A stretch of 51,201 nt of DNA from an uncultured Candidatus Peribacteria bacterium (lineage in GTDB: Bacteria; Patescibacteriota; Gracilibacteria; Peribacterales; Peribacteraceae). Positions within the stretch are counted from its first letter, which is position 1. Every line of letters starts with the position of its first letter. The position numbers and the translations under genes were made by a program. The stretch is taken from the NCBI GenBank assembly GCA_964428205.1, contig CAYRXE010000001.1, positions 1 to 51,201 of the forward strand, read 5' to 3'. Under the pieces are notes generated by a model. That model had not been told where the DNA came from, searched no databases, and saw only the letters and a program-made list of their open reading frames with translations. This document shows positions 35,642-44,950 of the stretch, in pieces.

Positions 35642-36455
35642 GTTTGCGTAGAACAACGTACACGTTAGCGGCGCAGAGTTCTGCACCTGGAATACGCGCA
35701 AAGAGGATATCGAAGAACTTGAGCCAGAAGAATGCAATGAGGATCATATATTGGATGATCGTCTGGAGCTTACGAGAGCCAAAACACAGAATGGTCGCAA
35801 TGAACGCACTCTTGAATGCAAGGAGCGCCGAGAACGGCCCTGCGGTAATCCCCTTCTCTACGATGGTGGTGTTAGGCGCGAGTGACGCGAGACCCTCCCA
35901 CGTCCAACGTGAGAAGTCGGATGGCGATGGATGCCATGGGAACACAAATGGAGTCGCAATGTGCAACTGACCACCGGGTTTGAGGATCCTCAAAAATTCC
36001 TGCACAGCTTTGCGTGGGTCATGCACATGCTCGAGCACTTGATCGGTTGTGACGGCGTCGAACGTGCCATCGGCAAATGGAAGTGCCGTCACGTCTGCGA
36101 GCACGTCGACGGTCGCGAACGGGAAGATGTCGAGATTGATCACGTGCGGAACACGAGGCTCAGCTCCACTCCCTGCATTGAGGACGAGTGATGGGGATGA
36201 GAAACGACGAATAAACCTGCGTGCCGTGACTCCAGTAAAGAATGAAGGACCAATGAGGAAGACAAGGATTTCGTAGAGCTTTGGCCACTTCTTAAAGAGA
36301 TTCTTAATGGCGTTATCCACGTCAGACGCAGCGGCATCGTCGTGCATGGTGGTGGTTTCGTGTGAGCGTGTGTCGAGCACTCCAGATTGCACGCGAGATT
36401 GGAACTCGGGCTTGAGGACAGACTTGAGCCGCTCGACATGTGAGGCATCACCCAT
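35634..36455 (-). CDS. class I SAM-dependent methyltransferase with flanking hydrophobic segments, 273 aa
   Basis: FADGTFDAVTTDQVLEHVHDP and LKPGGQLHIATPF (Methyltransf_11-like). Hydrophobic LYEILVFLIGPSFF near the N-terminus and two C-terminal hydrophobic stretches. Confidence 0.75.
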   Translation of the reverse strand: MGDASHVERLKSVLKPEFQSRVQSGVLDTRSHETTTMHDDAAASDVDNAIKNLFKKWPKLYEILVFLIGPSFFTGVTARRFIRRFSSPSLVLNAGSGAEPRVPHVINLDIFPFATVDVLADVTALPFADGTFDAVTTDQVLEHVHDPRKAVQEFLRILKPGGQLHIATPFVFPWHPSPSDFSRWTWEGLASLAPNTTIVEKGITAGPFSALLAFKSAFIATILCFGSRKLQTIIQYMILIAFFWLKFFDILFARIPGAELCAANVYVVLRKHA

Positions 36456-37377
36456 GGGAACGCACGCGATAGGGTTTGGTGTCCTGTGACTGGAAGTACG
36501 TACGCATGGTCATTTCGCCAAGAATGCCCATGAGTGCACACTGCACTCCAACAATCACAAACAAAGCTGCGAGAACCGGGAGTGGTGTTTCGATGAGCGT
36601 TGGCCCGCCAACTTCGCGCACGACAATCGCGGCAATGAGCGTGAGGAAGCCGAGAAGGATGGAGAGCAAACCAATACCACCGAAGAACTGCATGGGGCGT
36701 GTGAACGACTTAAGGGTGAATGCGAGCATGAACATGTCGAGGAATACTCTCCAAATACGACCAAAGCCGTACTTCGATTTGCCGCGCATACGTGGACGGT
36801 GCGTGACGGGAATCTCACAGACACGAGCTCCATATTGAGCGGCATACGCAGGCAGGAACCTGTGCATATCTCCATAGAGATGCAGGTGCTCCACAGCAGA
36901 GCGCCTGTAGGCCTTGAGTGTGCAGCCGTAGTCGTGAATGTCCTGACCGGAGACACGACGGAGCATCCCGTTTGCGAACTTGGAAAAGAATGAACGTACA
37001 AAAGGATCTTTGCGCTGCTTCCTCCACCCCGAGACGATGTCGTAACCCTCGTCGAGTTTGGTAAGAAGTTTGGGAATGTCATGGGGATCGTTCTGGCCAT
37101 CGGCATCCATCGGGATGATCACGTCACCGGTGGCATGATCCATGCCTGCAGCAATCGCTGCGGTCTGACCAAAGTTACGAGCAAGGACCACCACCTTAAG
37201 GAAGGAGTACTTGGAAGCGAGTGACTGGAGTTCCTGCGTGGTGCCATCGGTACTGCCATCATCCACAGCAATCACCTCGGCTCCACTGAATTGCGTGAGT
37301 ACTTCTGCGAGCTCAGCCAAAAGCGGCGCAATGTTCTCGCGCTCGTCTTTCACCGGCAAAATAACCGAAAGCTTCAT
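36448..37377 (-). CDS. GT2 polyprenyl-phosphate sugar synthase, GtrB/ArnC-like with 2 C-terminal TM helices, 309 aa
   Basis: LSVILPVKDE, VIAVDDGSTDGT, ARNFGQTAAIAAG, PMDADGQNDP, SGWRKQRKD. Confidence 0.9.
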   Translation of the reverse strand: MKLSVILPVKDERENIAPLLAELAEVLTQFSGAEVIAVDDGSTDGTTQELQSLASKYSFLKVVVLARNFGQTAAIAAGMDHATGDVIIPMDADGQNDPHDIPKLLTKLDEGYDIVSGWRKQRKDPFVRSFFSKFANGMLRRVSGQDIHDYGCTLKAYRRSAVEHLHLYGDMHRFLPAYAAQYGARVCEIPVTHRPRMRGKSKYGFGRIWRVFLDMFMLAFTLKSFTRPMQFFGGIGLLSILLGFLTLIAAIVVREVGGPTLIETPLPVLAALFVIVGVQCALMGILGEMTMRTYFQSQDTKPYRVRSHG

Positions 37378-37384
37378 TGCCGAT

Positions 37385-37390
37385 ACTCTA
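37385..37390 (-). promoter_or_regulatory. -10-like box TAGAGT, 7 nt upstream of ATG 37377
   Basis: Minus strand reads TAGAGT atcggca ATG, within the 15-nt gap after the wecB stop. Confidence 0.45.
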
Positions 37391-37392
37391 CG

Positions 37393-38472
37393 CTAGAGCC
37401 GCTCGTTGAGGAACTCCACAATGCGCATTCCGGCCTTTCCATCCCAAAATTCAGGAGTCGTGATTTCGGCTTTATGCTGCGGATTCTTTGCAAACTCCAA
37501 GACCATAGCTCTGTCCGTTGGTTCCTCGGGATCAACCAAAGTATTGCTCCCTGCTTCAATAGTCGAAGGGCGCTCCGTGTTACGACGCAGAGTGAAACAT
37601 CTCTTCTTAAAGAGGACTGCTTCTTCCTGAATTCCACCAGAATCGGTGAGGATGCATGCAGAGTTCTGCACCATGCGCAGGAAGGAGAGATAGGGCTGAG
37701 CATCGAGGAGTGTGATGTGACTGGAGACCAAACGACGAAGATCGAAGGCATCGAGGTTGTGTGCGAGACGGTGATGTACCGGGAGAACGAGCGGCAGGTG
37801 TAGCGCGACTTCGTTGAGGAACTCGATGACGCCTCTCAGTGTGCCCGCGTCATCCACGTTACTGGGACGGTGCAGCGTGACGACGCCAAATGTACTTGGG
37901 AGATTCTTTGGAAGTTCTGCTTTGTGGATAGACGGCGTCATGCGGATCAGCGTGTCGATCATCGTGTTGCCCACGAGATAAGGCTCGCCACTGATCCCCT
38001 CCTCTTTTAGATGGTCGATGCCGGATTTCTCTGTGCAGAAGAGAAAGTGTGCCATCTCATCAATCGCGATGCGGTTATGCTCCTCGGGCATGTCCATGTC
38101 GCCGGAACGAAGACCTGCCTCGACGTGTGCCAGCGTGATGCCAATTTGATTGGCCGCCTGGGCGGCTCCTAATGCTCCGTTTACGTCTCCGTAGACCAAG
38201 ACGCAATCCGGCTTTTCTTTCTCAAGCACTGGAATGAGAGCCTCTTTGGTGCGGTCAATCACTTCCATACGATCTCCTCCATGGATGCCCAAGTTATGTG
38301 CTGGCTGCGTGATATCCAATTCTTTGAAGAAGACATCAGAAAGTAAGGGATCGTAGTGCTGCCCCGTGTGCACGATCACGTGTTCAATACCTCCGTGTTC
38401 CTTCACCGCGTGATCGACAGCAGCAAGCTTCACAAAGTTCGGTCGTGCCGATGCAACGGAGAGGAGCTTCAT
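37393..38472 (-). CDS. wecB: UDP-N-acetylglucosamine 2-epimerase (non-hydrolysing), 359 aa
   Basis: ARPNFVKLAAV, VHTGQHYD, VLVYGDVN, VEAGLRS, TLHRPSNVD, LTDSGGIQEEA. Confidence 0.9.
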   Translation of the reverse strand: MKLLSVASARPNFVKLAAVDHAVKEHGGIEHVIVHTGQHYDPLLSDVFFKELDITQPAHNLGIHGGDRMEVIDRTKEALIPVLEKEKPDCVLVYGDVNGALGAAQAANQIGITLAHVEAGLRSGDMDMPEEHNRIAIDEMAHFLFCTEKSGIDHLKEEGISGEPYLVGNTMIDTLIRMTPSIHKAELPKNLPSTFGVVTLHRPSNVDDAGTLRGVIEFLNEVALHLPLVLPVHHRLAHNLDAFDLRRLVSSHITLLDAQPYLSFLRMVQNSACILTDSGGIQEEAVLFKKRCFTLRRNTERPSTIEAGSNTLVDPEEPTDRAMVLEFAKNPQHKAEITTPEFWDGKAGMRIVEFLNERL

Positions 38473-39596
38473 GAGTGGATGGTATCGTCCGCGGCTACTG
38501 CAGCGGCAGCAGTTAAAATACGTGCCATACGCTTATCCCAGGTGTAGTGCTGCACGTGTTTGTGGGCGGCGGCTGCACGTTCCTTGGCTTCTTCTGGATG
38601 ATCCAATACATCGCTGATGGCACGAGCGAGATCCGCAGCATCTCCTGGCGTGCAGAAGAAGGCGGTTGATTCATCTAAGACATCGCGGATAGGAGGAAGA
38701 TCGGCAGTGACGATAGGACGGTTGGCCGCCATGTATTCGAAGAGCTTCAGCGGAGATGTGTCGCGAACGTAAAAAGGATGATCCGACTTGGGTGCTGGGT
38801 AGACGAGGATCTCACACTCTGCGAGGAAGTGCGGAACCTTCTCATGAGGAAGGAATCCTGCGTAGTGCACACCTGGACCTTGGACTTGCTGCATCAATTC
38901 TTTGTTAGGCGTTTCTGGGCCTGCAATCGCCACGTGCACTTTGCGCCCTGCGGCATGGAGTAAGTGGAATGCGCCAATGAGCTCTGGGATGCCTTTCGAA
39001 AGACCCATGGACTGCAACTGTCCTGCGTAGCCAATTCTCCCCTCTTGGGCATGAGCTGTTGAATGGTGTGCAAGACTCACGCCATCGGATTCCACGATGA
39101 TCGGAGCAGTAACTCCCCATCCCTCAAGTTCGTTCTTCATGGGAGTCGTGAGACACACGATGAGTGTGCAGCGATTACAAAACGAGATGAACGTGCCGCG
39201 CCTGTGATTGGGCAATGTGTGGAGTTCGAGAACCACCTTCTTCTTTGTATGGAGGAGAGCAGGAAGAAGTGCATGCGTGCGCGTGTAAAAGAGATCGAAG
39301 TTCTGGAGTCTCGACGAAAGCGCTCCTTGGAAGAGTAAGTTCAAGATCGGCAATTGGAGAATCTTTGGAATCCACCACTGATCAATAGGATCAAACGAAC
39401 CGAGATGTTCGAGCTTCACCTTGCGATCTGCGTTGTGGAATTCCCAGTAGTCTTTGGTGATCGGGTTCTTTCGAAACGGCGCGAAGATCGTGACGTCATG
39501 ACCAAGGCCTGCGAGAGCATCGCAAACACGAGCGACCTGGTGGCCGTGTGCGCGTTCACTGGGGAGCCGAACATTGGTGCAGTACGCAATCCGCAT
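38469..39596 (-). CDS. GT4 (GT-B) glycosyltransferase, 375 aa
   Basis: MRIAYCTNVRLPSERAHGHQV and SPLKLFEYMAANRPIVTADLPPIRDVL. ATGA overlap with the wecB start. Confidence 0.8.
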   Translation of the reverse strand: MRIAYCTNVRLPSERAHGHQVARVCDALAGLGHDVTIFAPFRKNPITKDYWEFHNADRKVKLEHLGSFDPIDQWWIPKILQLPILNLLFQGALSSRLQNFDLFYTRTHALLPALLHTKKKVVLELHTLPNHRRGTFISFCNRCTLIVCLTTPMKNELEGWGVTAPIIVESDGVSLAHHSTAHAQEGRIGYAGQLQSMGLSKGIPELIGAFHLLHAAGRKVHVAIAGPETPNKELMQQVQGPGVHYAGFLPHEKVPHFLAECEILVYPAPKSDHPFYVRDTSPLKLFEYMAANRPIVTADLPPIRDVLDESTAFFCTPGDAADLARAISDVLDHPEEAKERAAAAHKHVQHYTWDKRMARILTAAAAVAADDTIHS

Positions 39597-39616
39597 CTGT
39601 ATGCCCAAAGGATACC

Positions 39617-40813
39617 TTAGGCGTGCGCTTTCGCAGTGCTCTCTATAGCTGTTTTTACGATGGTTTTTACAGCATCCTCGCTAAAGAGGGTCTTGGCCTT
39701 TGCCCTGGCTGCATCGGCCATGGCTTGGCGTTTGGTGGCATCCAGAAGCAAACGGAGACCATCGATGTAGTCCTGCGGAGTGTCACATAGGAGAAGTTCG
39801 GTGCCACTCACAAACGGATACCCGCCGGTCTTGGTCGTGAGAAGAGGCAATCCCCTACACAGAGGCTCAAAGACTTTTTGCTGCATGCCTGTGCCCGAAA
39901 TCCACGGACACACCGCAACATCCATCGTCTGCAAAAACGCACCGAGGTCTTCGATGAATCCGGTTGAACGCACATCGTCAGCTACGTACTTAGCATACGC
40001 ATCAGGAAACTTTTTACCGGTGAGATGGAAACGGAATTTCCCGGGGAGCTGCTGACGTACGAGCGGAATAATCTTCGTGAGCAAGAGCTCTGCGGCATCG
40101 CGGTTATGCCCCATGTTGTAATTGGAGCTGAGAAACACAACATCCAACACTTCTTTTTGCTCGTGGTGCTTCTCGGCAAAACAACGCGAGAGTCCGCGCA
40201 GCGGCAACACGCCTGTGCGCCTGGCGCCCAGCCCTACATAGAACTTCTCTTCGTCAGGAGTGATAGCAAGAATGAGATCACTTTCGCGTGCGGCAATACG
40301 CTCGCCGGGGAATTTGGGGATCGCCTTGATGCGAGAAATCAGTGAGCCTCCGTGTTCGTCCATACAGTTCTGCGGCTCATTGAGCGAAGACTTCACAATC
40401 ATGGGGATGTTGTATTTCTTGAGGAGCCGCAACACCGGCCAGTGCGTGGAGTACTCCATCCAAATCACATCGGGCTTAAAACTCTCGACGTGTTTCACCA
40501 CAACATCTTCATATACGGGATCGGTGTATTCCAACGCAGCACCATCGATGAGTGCGGGGTTTGCGAGAATCGCTGGGAGTTTTTTAATCAGGAGGGACAC
40601 CGGACTACACGGATGCTCTACGAGCGTGAGCGGAATCTTTGCATCGGCAAACGCTGCTTTGATCTCATCCTGTTTTTGAAAGTGATGGATCTTGGCAATC
40701 ACATCGATCTCGTAGCCCAGCTCCTGCATATGCCTAAACCCGTTAAAGCGGTCTTGCTGACACGCTCCTGTCATTGGATACGGAACCCACGGTGTGAGAA
40801 TAAGCACGCGCAT
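39617..40813 (-). CDS. GT-B-fold glycosyltransferase (GT4/GT1-like), 398 aa
   Basis: MRVLILTPWVPYP and GTGMQQKVFEPLCRGLPLLTTKTGG. The alternative GTG start at 40825 cannot be excluded. Confidence 0.72.
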   Translation of the reverse strand: MRVLILTPWVPYPMTGACQQDRFNGFRHMQELGYEIDVIAKIHHFQKQDEIKAAFADAKIPLTLVEHPCSPVSLLIKKLPAILANPALIDGAALEYTDPVYEDVVVKHVESFKPDVIWMEYSTHWPVLRLLKKYNIPMIVKSSLNEPQNCMDEHGGSLISRIKAIPKFPGERIAARESDLILAITPDEEKFYVGLGARRTGVLPLRGLSRCFAEKHHEQKEVLDVVFLSSNYNMGHNRDAAELLLTKIIPLVRQQLPGKFRFHLTGKKFPDAYAKYVADDVRSTGFIEDLGAFLQTMDVAVCPWISGTGMQQKVFEPLCRGLPLLTTKTGGYPFVSGTELLLCDTPQDYIDGLRLLLDATKRQAMADAARAKAKTLFSEDAVKTIVKTAIESTAKAHA

Positions 40814-40839
40814 TGATGCACTCACTTTACACGAGATTT

Positions 40840-41493
40840 CTAGGCATGTGCCGTTCCCGTGAGGGAAGTTGGCACCTTTTGCATAGGCAATCCTGCAGGC
40901 TTACTAAGGATGTACTGCTGTGGCTCCCCTACTTTCTTCGCGATGTAGGTGATCTGATACGTGAGGAAAGGCAGACGCACGAGGTGGAACGTCCACTTGA
41001 GGATGATGAGCGAGAAGAAGTTGCCAAGCTCGGTCACGAGTTCAAAGCCCGTGCGCTCGAGGATGTTGCGCATGTTGATGCGCGTGAACGTGGTGAAGTG
41101 GCCCTCTTGGCGCGCCTTCATCCATTTGTGCTTCACAAGCAGGTTCTGCATGAACTCCCAGTAGTAGTACGGGTTTGGAGTGCTCACAATCAGCATGCCG
41201 CCCGGCTTGAGCACGCGGTTACTTTCGCAGAGCATCATCATGGGGTTGGCCACGTGTTCAATCACATCTCCGGCAATCACACTATCGAAGAATCCATCAG
41301 GATACGGAATGCCCGAGGTATTGAGGTCCACCACCTTTGTTTCGACGTAGTTCGGTGGCAACACAGGAGGTGCCGGGACGATATCGATACCGTAGAGGTT
41401 CTTGGTGGTCTTATTGGGAAACTCGGCATAACCAATGTCGAGCGTCTTTCCGCTCGTGTACTTGTCCTGTGCAATGTGTTTACGGTGGGGCAT
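40840..41493 (-). CDS. class I SAM-dependent methyltransferase, 217 aa
   Basis: Trimmed to ATG 41493, because the longer ORF would overlap the divergent gene. Motifs TLDIGYAEF, FDSVIAGDVIEHV and LKPGGMLIVSTPN. Confidence 0.78.
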   Translation of the reverse strand: MPHRKHIAQDKYTSGKTLDIGYAEFPNKTTKNLYGIDIVPAPPVLPPNYVETKVVDLNTSGIPYPDGFFDSVIAGDVIEHVANPMMMLCESNRVLKPGGMLIVSTPNPYYYWEFMQNLLVKHKWMKARQEGHFTTFTRINMRNILERTGFELVTELGNFFSLIILKWTFHLVRLPFLTYQITYIAKKVGEPQQYILSKPAGLPMQKVPTSLTGTAHA

Positions 41494-41499
41494 GTGCGG

Positions 41500-41505
41500 A
41501 TGGTA
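41500..41505 (-). promoter_or_regulatory. -10-like box TACCAT, 6 nt upstream of ATG 41493
   Basis: Minus strand reads TACCAT ccgcac ATG. Confidence 0.45.
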
Positions 41506-41543
41506 GCGAAAAAAAGACCGCGCACCAGTAGCGTTGGGCGTGC

Positions 41544-41549
41544 TAGCAT
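41544..41549 (+). promoter_or_regulatory. -10-like box TAGCAT, 6 nt upstream of ATG 41556
   Basis: TAGCAT tgcgcc ATG. Confidence 0.45.
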
Positions 41550-41555
41550 TGCGCC

Positions 41556-42569
41556 ATGCGTAACGTTCGTATTGCCGTCGTCGGTTTAGGGTACTGGGGC
41601 CCACATTGGCTCCGTAACTTTTCTATCACAGAAGGGTGTGAGCTTGCGTATGGCTGTGACCTTTCAGAAAAGAACGTCCATAAGTACGCAAAGATGTACC
41701 CAAGCACCAAGTTCACGACGGACTTTAAAGAAGTACTCAAGGATAAAACTGTGGATGCTGTGGCGATTGCCACACCTACGACCGCTCACTTCCCTCTCGC
41801 GAAGGCAGCACTGATGGCTGGCAAGCACGTGCTTGTCGAAAAGCCGATGACATCAACAAGTAAGGAGGCTCAAACACTCGTTGCACTCGCAAAGAAGCAT
41901 AAGAAGTGTCTGCTCGTGGACCACACGTTCGCCTACACGCAGGCAGTGGAGAAAGTCCGTGAGTACGTAAAGCGCGGCAAGCTGGGCAAGCTCCTGTACT
42001 TCGATTCCTCACGCTTGAACTTGGGACTGATCCAGAAGGATGCGAATGTGTTTTACGATCTCGCCATTCACGACCTCACGATCCTCAATACGATTGCCGA
42101 TCTCAGCACCCTTACGGAGATCTATGCTTGCGGCAGCGCCTTCTACGGCAAGCAGACCGAGATTGGTCACCTGCATCTTAAATTCAAATCCGGACTGCAC
42201 GCACACATTCACGTGAGCTGGCTTTCGCCGGTAAAGATGCGCTCGACACTTGTGGGAGGATCCAAAGCGATGATTGAGTACGATGATATTCAGCCATCGG
42301 AGAAGATTCGTTTTTACGACAAGGGAGTGGAGCACGACACCACCAAGCCCGATCCGTTTTACCCAAAGTACCGCAGTGGCGATGTCACCATCCCCGCTCT
42401 CGCTCTCAAAGAAGCTCTGCACACGCAGGCTGCGCACTTCGTGAGTTGCATCCGTGGTAAGGCAAAGCCGCTCGTCTCTGGTGAAGATGGTGAGCGCATG
42501 ATTAAAGTGCTGGAGCTCGCAAATAAGTCACTCAAGCTCAATAAGCCGATTACGCTGAAGGGGCTTTAA
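41556..42569 (+). CDS. Gfo/Idh/MocA-family NDP-sugar dehydrogenase (keto-sugar forming, WbpB-type role by context), 337 aa
   Basis: IAVVGLGYWGPHWLRNF and AIATPTTAHFPLAKAALMAGKHVLVEKPM. Confidence 0.8.
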   Translation: MRNVRIAVVGLGYWGPHWLRNFSITEGCELAYGCDLSEKNVHKYAKMYPSTKFTTDFKEVLKDKTVDAVAIATPTTAHFPLAKAALMAGKHVLVEKPMTSTSKEAQTLVALAKKHKKCLLVDHTFAYTQAVEKVREYVKRGKLGKLLYFDSSRLNLGLIQKDANVFYDLAIHDLTILNTIADLSTLTEIYACGSAFYGKQTEIGHLHLKFKSGLHAHIHVSWLSPVKMRSTLVGGSKAMIEYDDIQPSEKIRFYDKGVEHDTTKPDPFYPKYRSGDVTIPALALKEALHTQAAHFVSCIRGKAKPLVSGEDGERMIKVLELANKSLKLNKPITLKGL

Positions 42570-43410
42570 TCTTTCCTGCCGTCAGAGGATGTGCCAGGAG
42601 CGCTCCGGTGAATGCTCTGTAGAGACGCCAGTGGTAACGCACGAAGCGCCATTCGTGTTCGAAGGGTACCGAATCTGGGTTGCCGTAGAACGGGAGTCTC
42701 TTGAGGATTTTGAACATGATCGACAGCATGATCAGAGGCTCACGTACGAAGATCCAACGGAAGTAGAGGGGCCAGGCATAGCCGCGCTCCCAAATCTTTT
42801 GCACTTCGAGATTGATGTAGCGGTCATCTTTACTGCGCAGTTCTTTTGCTGATGGCAGTGGCACGCGTAGCGGACTCTTGGCGATGACTTCTTTGAATGA
42901 GCTGTCGTACTGATATTTTTCGTGCACGGCTTTACCTGCTACAAGTGTGGCGCCGCTTTTGCGGTGGTGCACACGTGGAGAAATCTCTGGGCAGAGCATG
43001 CCGTGCGTGCGCATGCGACCGTCGATGACGGGGTAACGAGAAAACTTGATGATCGTTTTTGGTTCTGCGGTTTTGAGGATCTCTCCTACTTCTTCTACAA
43101 GCTCAGGTGTCATCTCTTCATCGGCATCGACGTACATCACCCAGTCGTACGCAGCATCGGCACGCTGCTTCAGACGGATGTCGGTGAAGTTCGACACGCG
43201 AATACTCTTCTGCGGATTCCCCGGATACTGCATGAGCACTTTGGCACCCATGCTCGTCGCAATCTCGGCCGTGTTATCTTCGCTATTCGCATCGTGCACG
43301 AGGATCTCGGCAAAGGGTACTAGTGGCTCCAGACACTTTTTGATGGTGTCGGCGGAGTTACGCGTGAGCACGAGAGCAGAGCACGGGATCGATCCCTTGG
43401 GGAGAGACAT
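42550..43410 (-). CDS. GT2 glycosyltransferase (KdtX/WaaE-like), 286 aa
   Basis: SALVLTRNSADTI, LVHDANSEDNT and MYVDADEE. Start placed at ATG 43410, 6 nt after TATACT. ATG 43428 and GTG 43431 remain possible. Confidence 0.75.
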   Translation of the reverse strand: MSLPKGSIPCSALVLTRNSADTIKKCLEPLVPFAEILVHDANSEDNTAEIATSMGAKVLMQYPGNPQKSIRVSNFTDIRLKQRADAAYDWVMYVDADEEMTPELVEEVGEILKTAEPKTIIKFSRYPVIDGRMRTHGMLCPEISPRVHHRKSGATLVAGKAVHEKYQYDSSFKEVIAKSPLRVPLPSAKELRSKDDRYINLEVQKIWERGYAWPLYFRWIFVREPLIMLSIMFKILKRLPFYGNPDSVPFEHEWRFVRYHWRLYRAFTGALLAHPLTAGKIKAPSA

Positions 43411-43416
43411 GCGCCG

Positions 43417-43422
43417 AGTATA
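43417..43422 (-). promoter_or_regulatory. -10-like box TATACT, 6 nt upstream of ATG 43410
   Basis: Minus strand reads TATACT cggcgc ATG. Confidence 0.4.
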
Positions 43423-43427
43423 GGGCA

Positions 43428-44405
43428 TCACCCAAGCTGGATGCTCCAGCTTTGGCGTGTAATAGGACGGGCTCCGAATCCTTCTTTAAAGAAGAGCAGG
43501 CCTGGATTTAATACCTTGCCGCCATCTTCGGTCGAAACGCCGAGATGGAGTGTGTTGCGCTTTTCTGCCGTGCAGACTTTCAGAAGGTCTGCCACGAGCA
43601 CATGCATGGGGTGCAAATTCTGAGCGTTGTAATCCTGACCCATGTAGAGCGTGTAGAGCGCATGAGGAGCGGCGGAGATGACGACAATACCTGCGACCAT
43701 TCTGCCGTCGAGGAATGCTGCGCGTAGACGCACCTGCTTAGGGCACAACTGATGGAGGCGTGTGATCTCTTCGATGGTGTGCGTGGGCTTGGCTGAGTGA
43801 CGAGCAGCAAGTGTTTGCTCGAGCAGGACCCAAAACTGATCAAAGTGATCACTCCAATCGGTCGTGACATTCCCCCGCTCCCCTTGTCGCACCATGTTGC
43901 GGCACTTGCCGTTGAGGATCTCCAAGTGATCTGTGGTATCAGGTGGAATCGTGACTGCACTATCAAACTCCAAGCGATCGAGCGTGGCACCTTTTTGGTA
44001 GAGCCAATACTCCTGATCATCCGCTGCTTCGAAACAAAGACTCGCAGGAGTGATGCGCAAGAAGTCGATGCCTGCATATCCCTGTTCTTTTGCGTAGTTG
44101 ATAACAGCGTCGAGCAGTTCGCCAGTGGTCTCGCCTCCTTCTTTAAGACTGAGCACGATGCCGCCGTACGAAGCTCCAGGATGAGCTACGAGCCAAGGCT
44201 TGCCGTCTTTCTCGCGTTTCGCAGCTGGGAACACAGCGACAATCTTTTCTCCGTCTTGCAGAAAGAATGATGCGTCTACGAAACGATCCGCAGGGTGATA
44301 CGCCAGGAAGGCCCTGGTATGGAAGAACGTTCCATTGCGCGATCCCTCTACAAAACTATCCCACTCTTGTGCACGTGCCTGTGTAAAAGGGACAACAGTG
44401 ATCAT
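43428..44405 (-). CDS. FemAB-like / GNAT-fold acyl(aminoacyl)transferase, 325 aa
   Basis: The N-terminus WDSFVEGSRNGTFFHTRAFLAY and the overall size resemble FemAB-related EPS-locus proteins. The call rests on family resemblance only. Confidence 0.55.
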   Translation of the reverse strand: MITVVPFTQARAQEWDSFVEGSRNGTFFHTRAFLAYHPADRFVDASFFLQDGEKIVAVFPAAKREKDGKPWLVAHPGASYGGIVLSLKEGGETTGELLDAVINYAKEQGYAGIDFLRITPASLCFEAADDQEYWLYQKGATLDRLEFDSAVTIPPDTTDHLEILNGKCRNMVRQGERGNVTTDWSDHFDQFWVLLEQTLAARHSAKPTHTIEEITRLHQLCPKQVRLRAAFLDGRMVAGIVVISAAPHALYTLYMGQDYNAQNLHPMHVLVADLLKVCTAEKRNTLHLGVSTEDGGKVLNPGLLFFKEGFGARPITRQSWSIQLG

Positions 44406-44905
44406 GGTTTCTTGAGCTGCATGAGTATACGGCCTTTTTCTCCGGGAGTTGGTGATGTTGTGAATCCGTGTTTTTCATACACACGAACAGCAGCGGTGTT
44501 ATGTGGGAGTACCTCAAGATGCACATGTTCGAGTTGCATGTCGTTAAAGGCGTACTTAAGGAGCAGGCCCACGGCTTCCGTACCAAGGCCTTTGCCGCGT
44601 GCATCGGGGTTCCCGATGGTGATGCGCAGTTGGGCGGAATGATCTGCGTGATTGATGGACACAAATCCTGCATTTCCAATGAGCGTGCCATTGGGAACGG
44701 TCACAAGCGAGAACATCAGACGATCAGGTTCTTGCACGCGTGCGAACCACCTCAGCTGGTCTTCCATGGTGGGGATACTTTGGTCATCAATAAGAGAGCG
44801 AAGTTCCTCACTTTCCGAGATCCACTTTTGGAAAAACGGCTGGTCCTCAGCGGTCATACGAACCAGGGCTACGGAGCTGCCGGCGAGGACTGTTTCGCGA
44901 TTCAT
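44402..44905 (-). CDS. GNAT-family N-acetyltransferase (RimJ/RimL-like), 167 aa
   Basis: IGNAGFVSIN...ITIGNPDARGKGLGTEAVGLLLKYAF...LEVLPHNTAAVRVYEKHGF. Start ATG 44905 is preferred over TTG 44941, which would leave only 9 nt to the divergent degT start. Confidence 0.78.
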   Translation of the reverse strand: MNRETVLAGSSVALVRMTAEDQPFFQKWISESEELRSLIDDQSIPTMEDQLRWFARVQEPDRLMFSLVTVPNGTLIGNAGFVSINHADHSAQLRITIGNPDARGKGLGTEAVGLLLKYAFNDMQLEHVHLEVLPHNTAAVRVYEKHGFTTSPTPGEKGRILMQLKKP

Positions 44906-44950
44906 CCGGTCTATTGTCCATTCGCCTTTGTGAATTATCAATGCGGACGT

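Noticed and set aside
40813-41589. 258-aa ORF on the plus strand
   Set aside because: It is antisense to the class I methyltransferase at 40840-41493 and has no recognisable motif.
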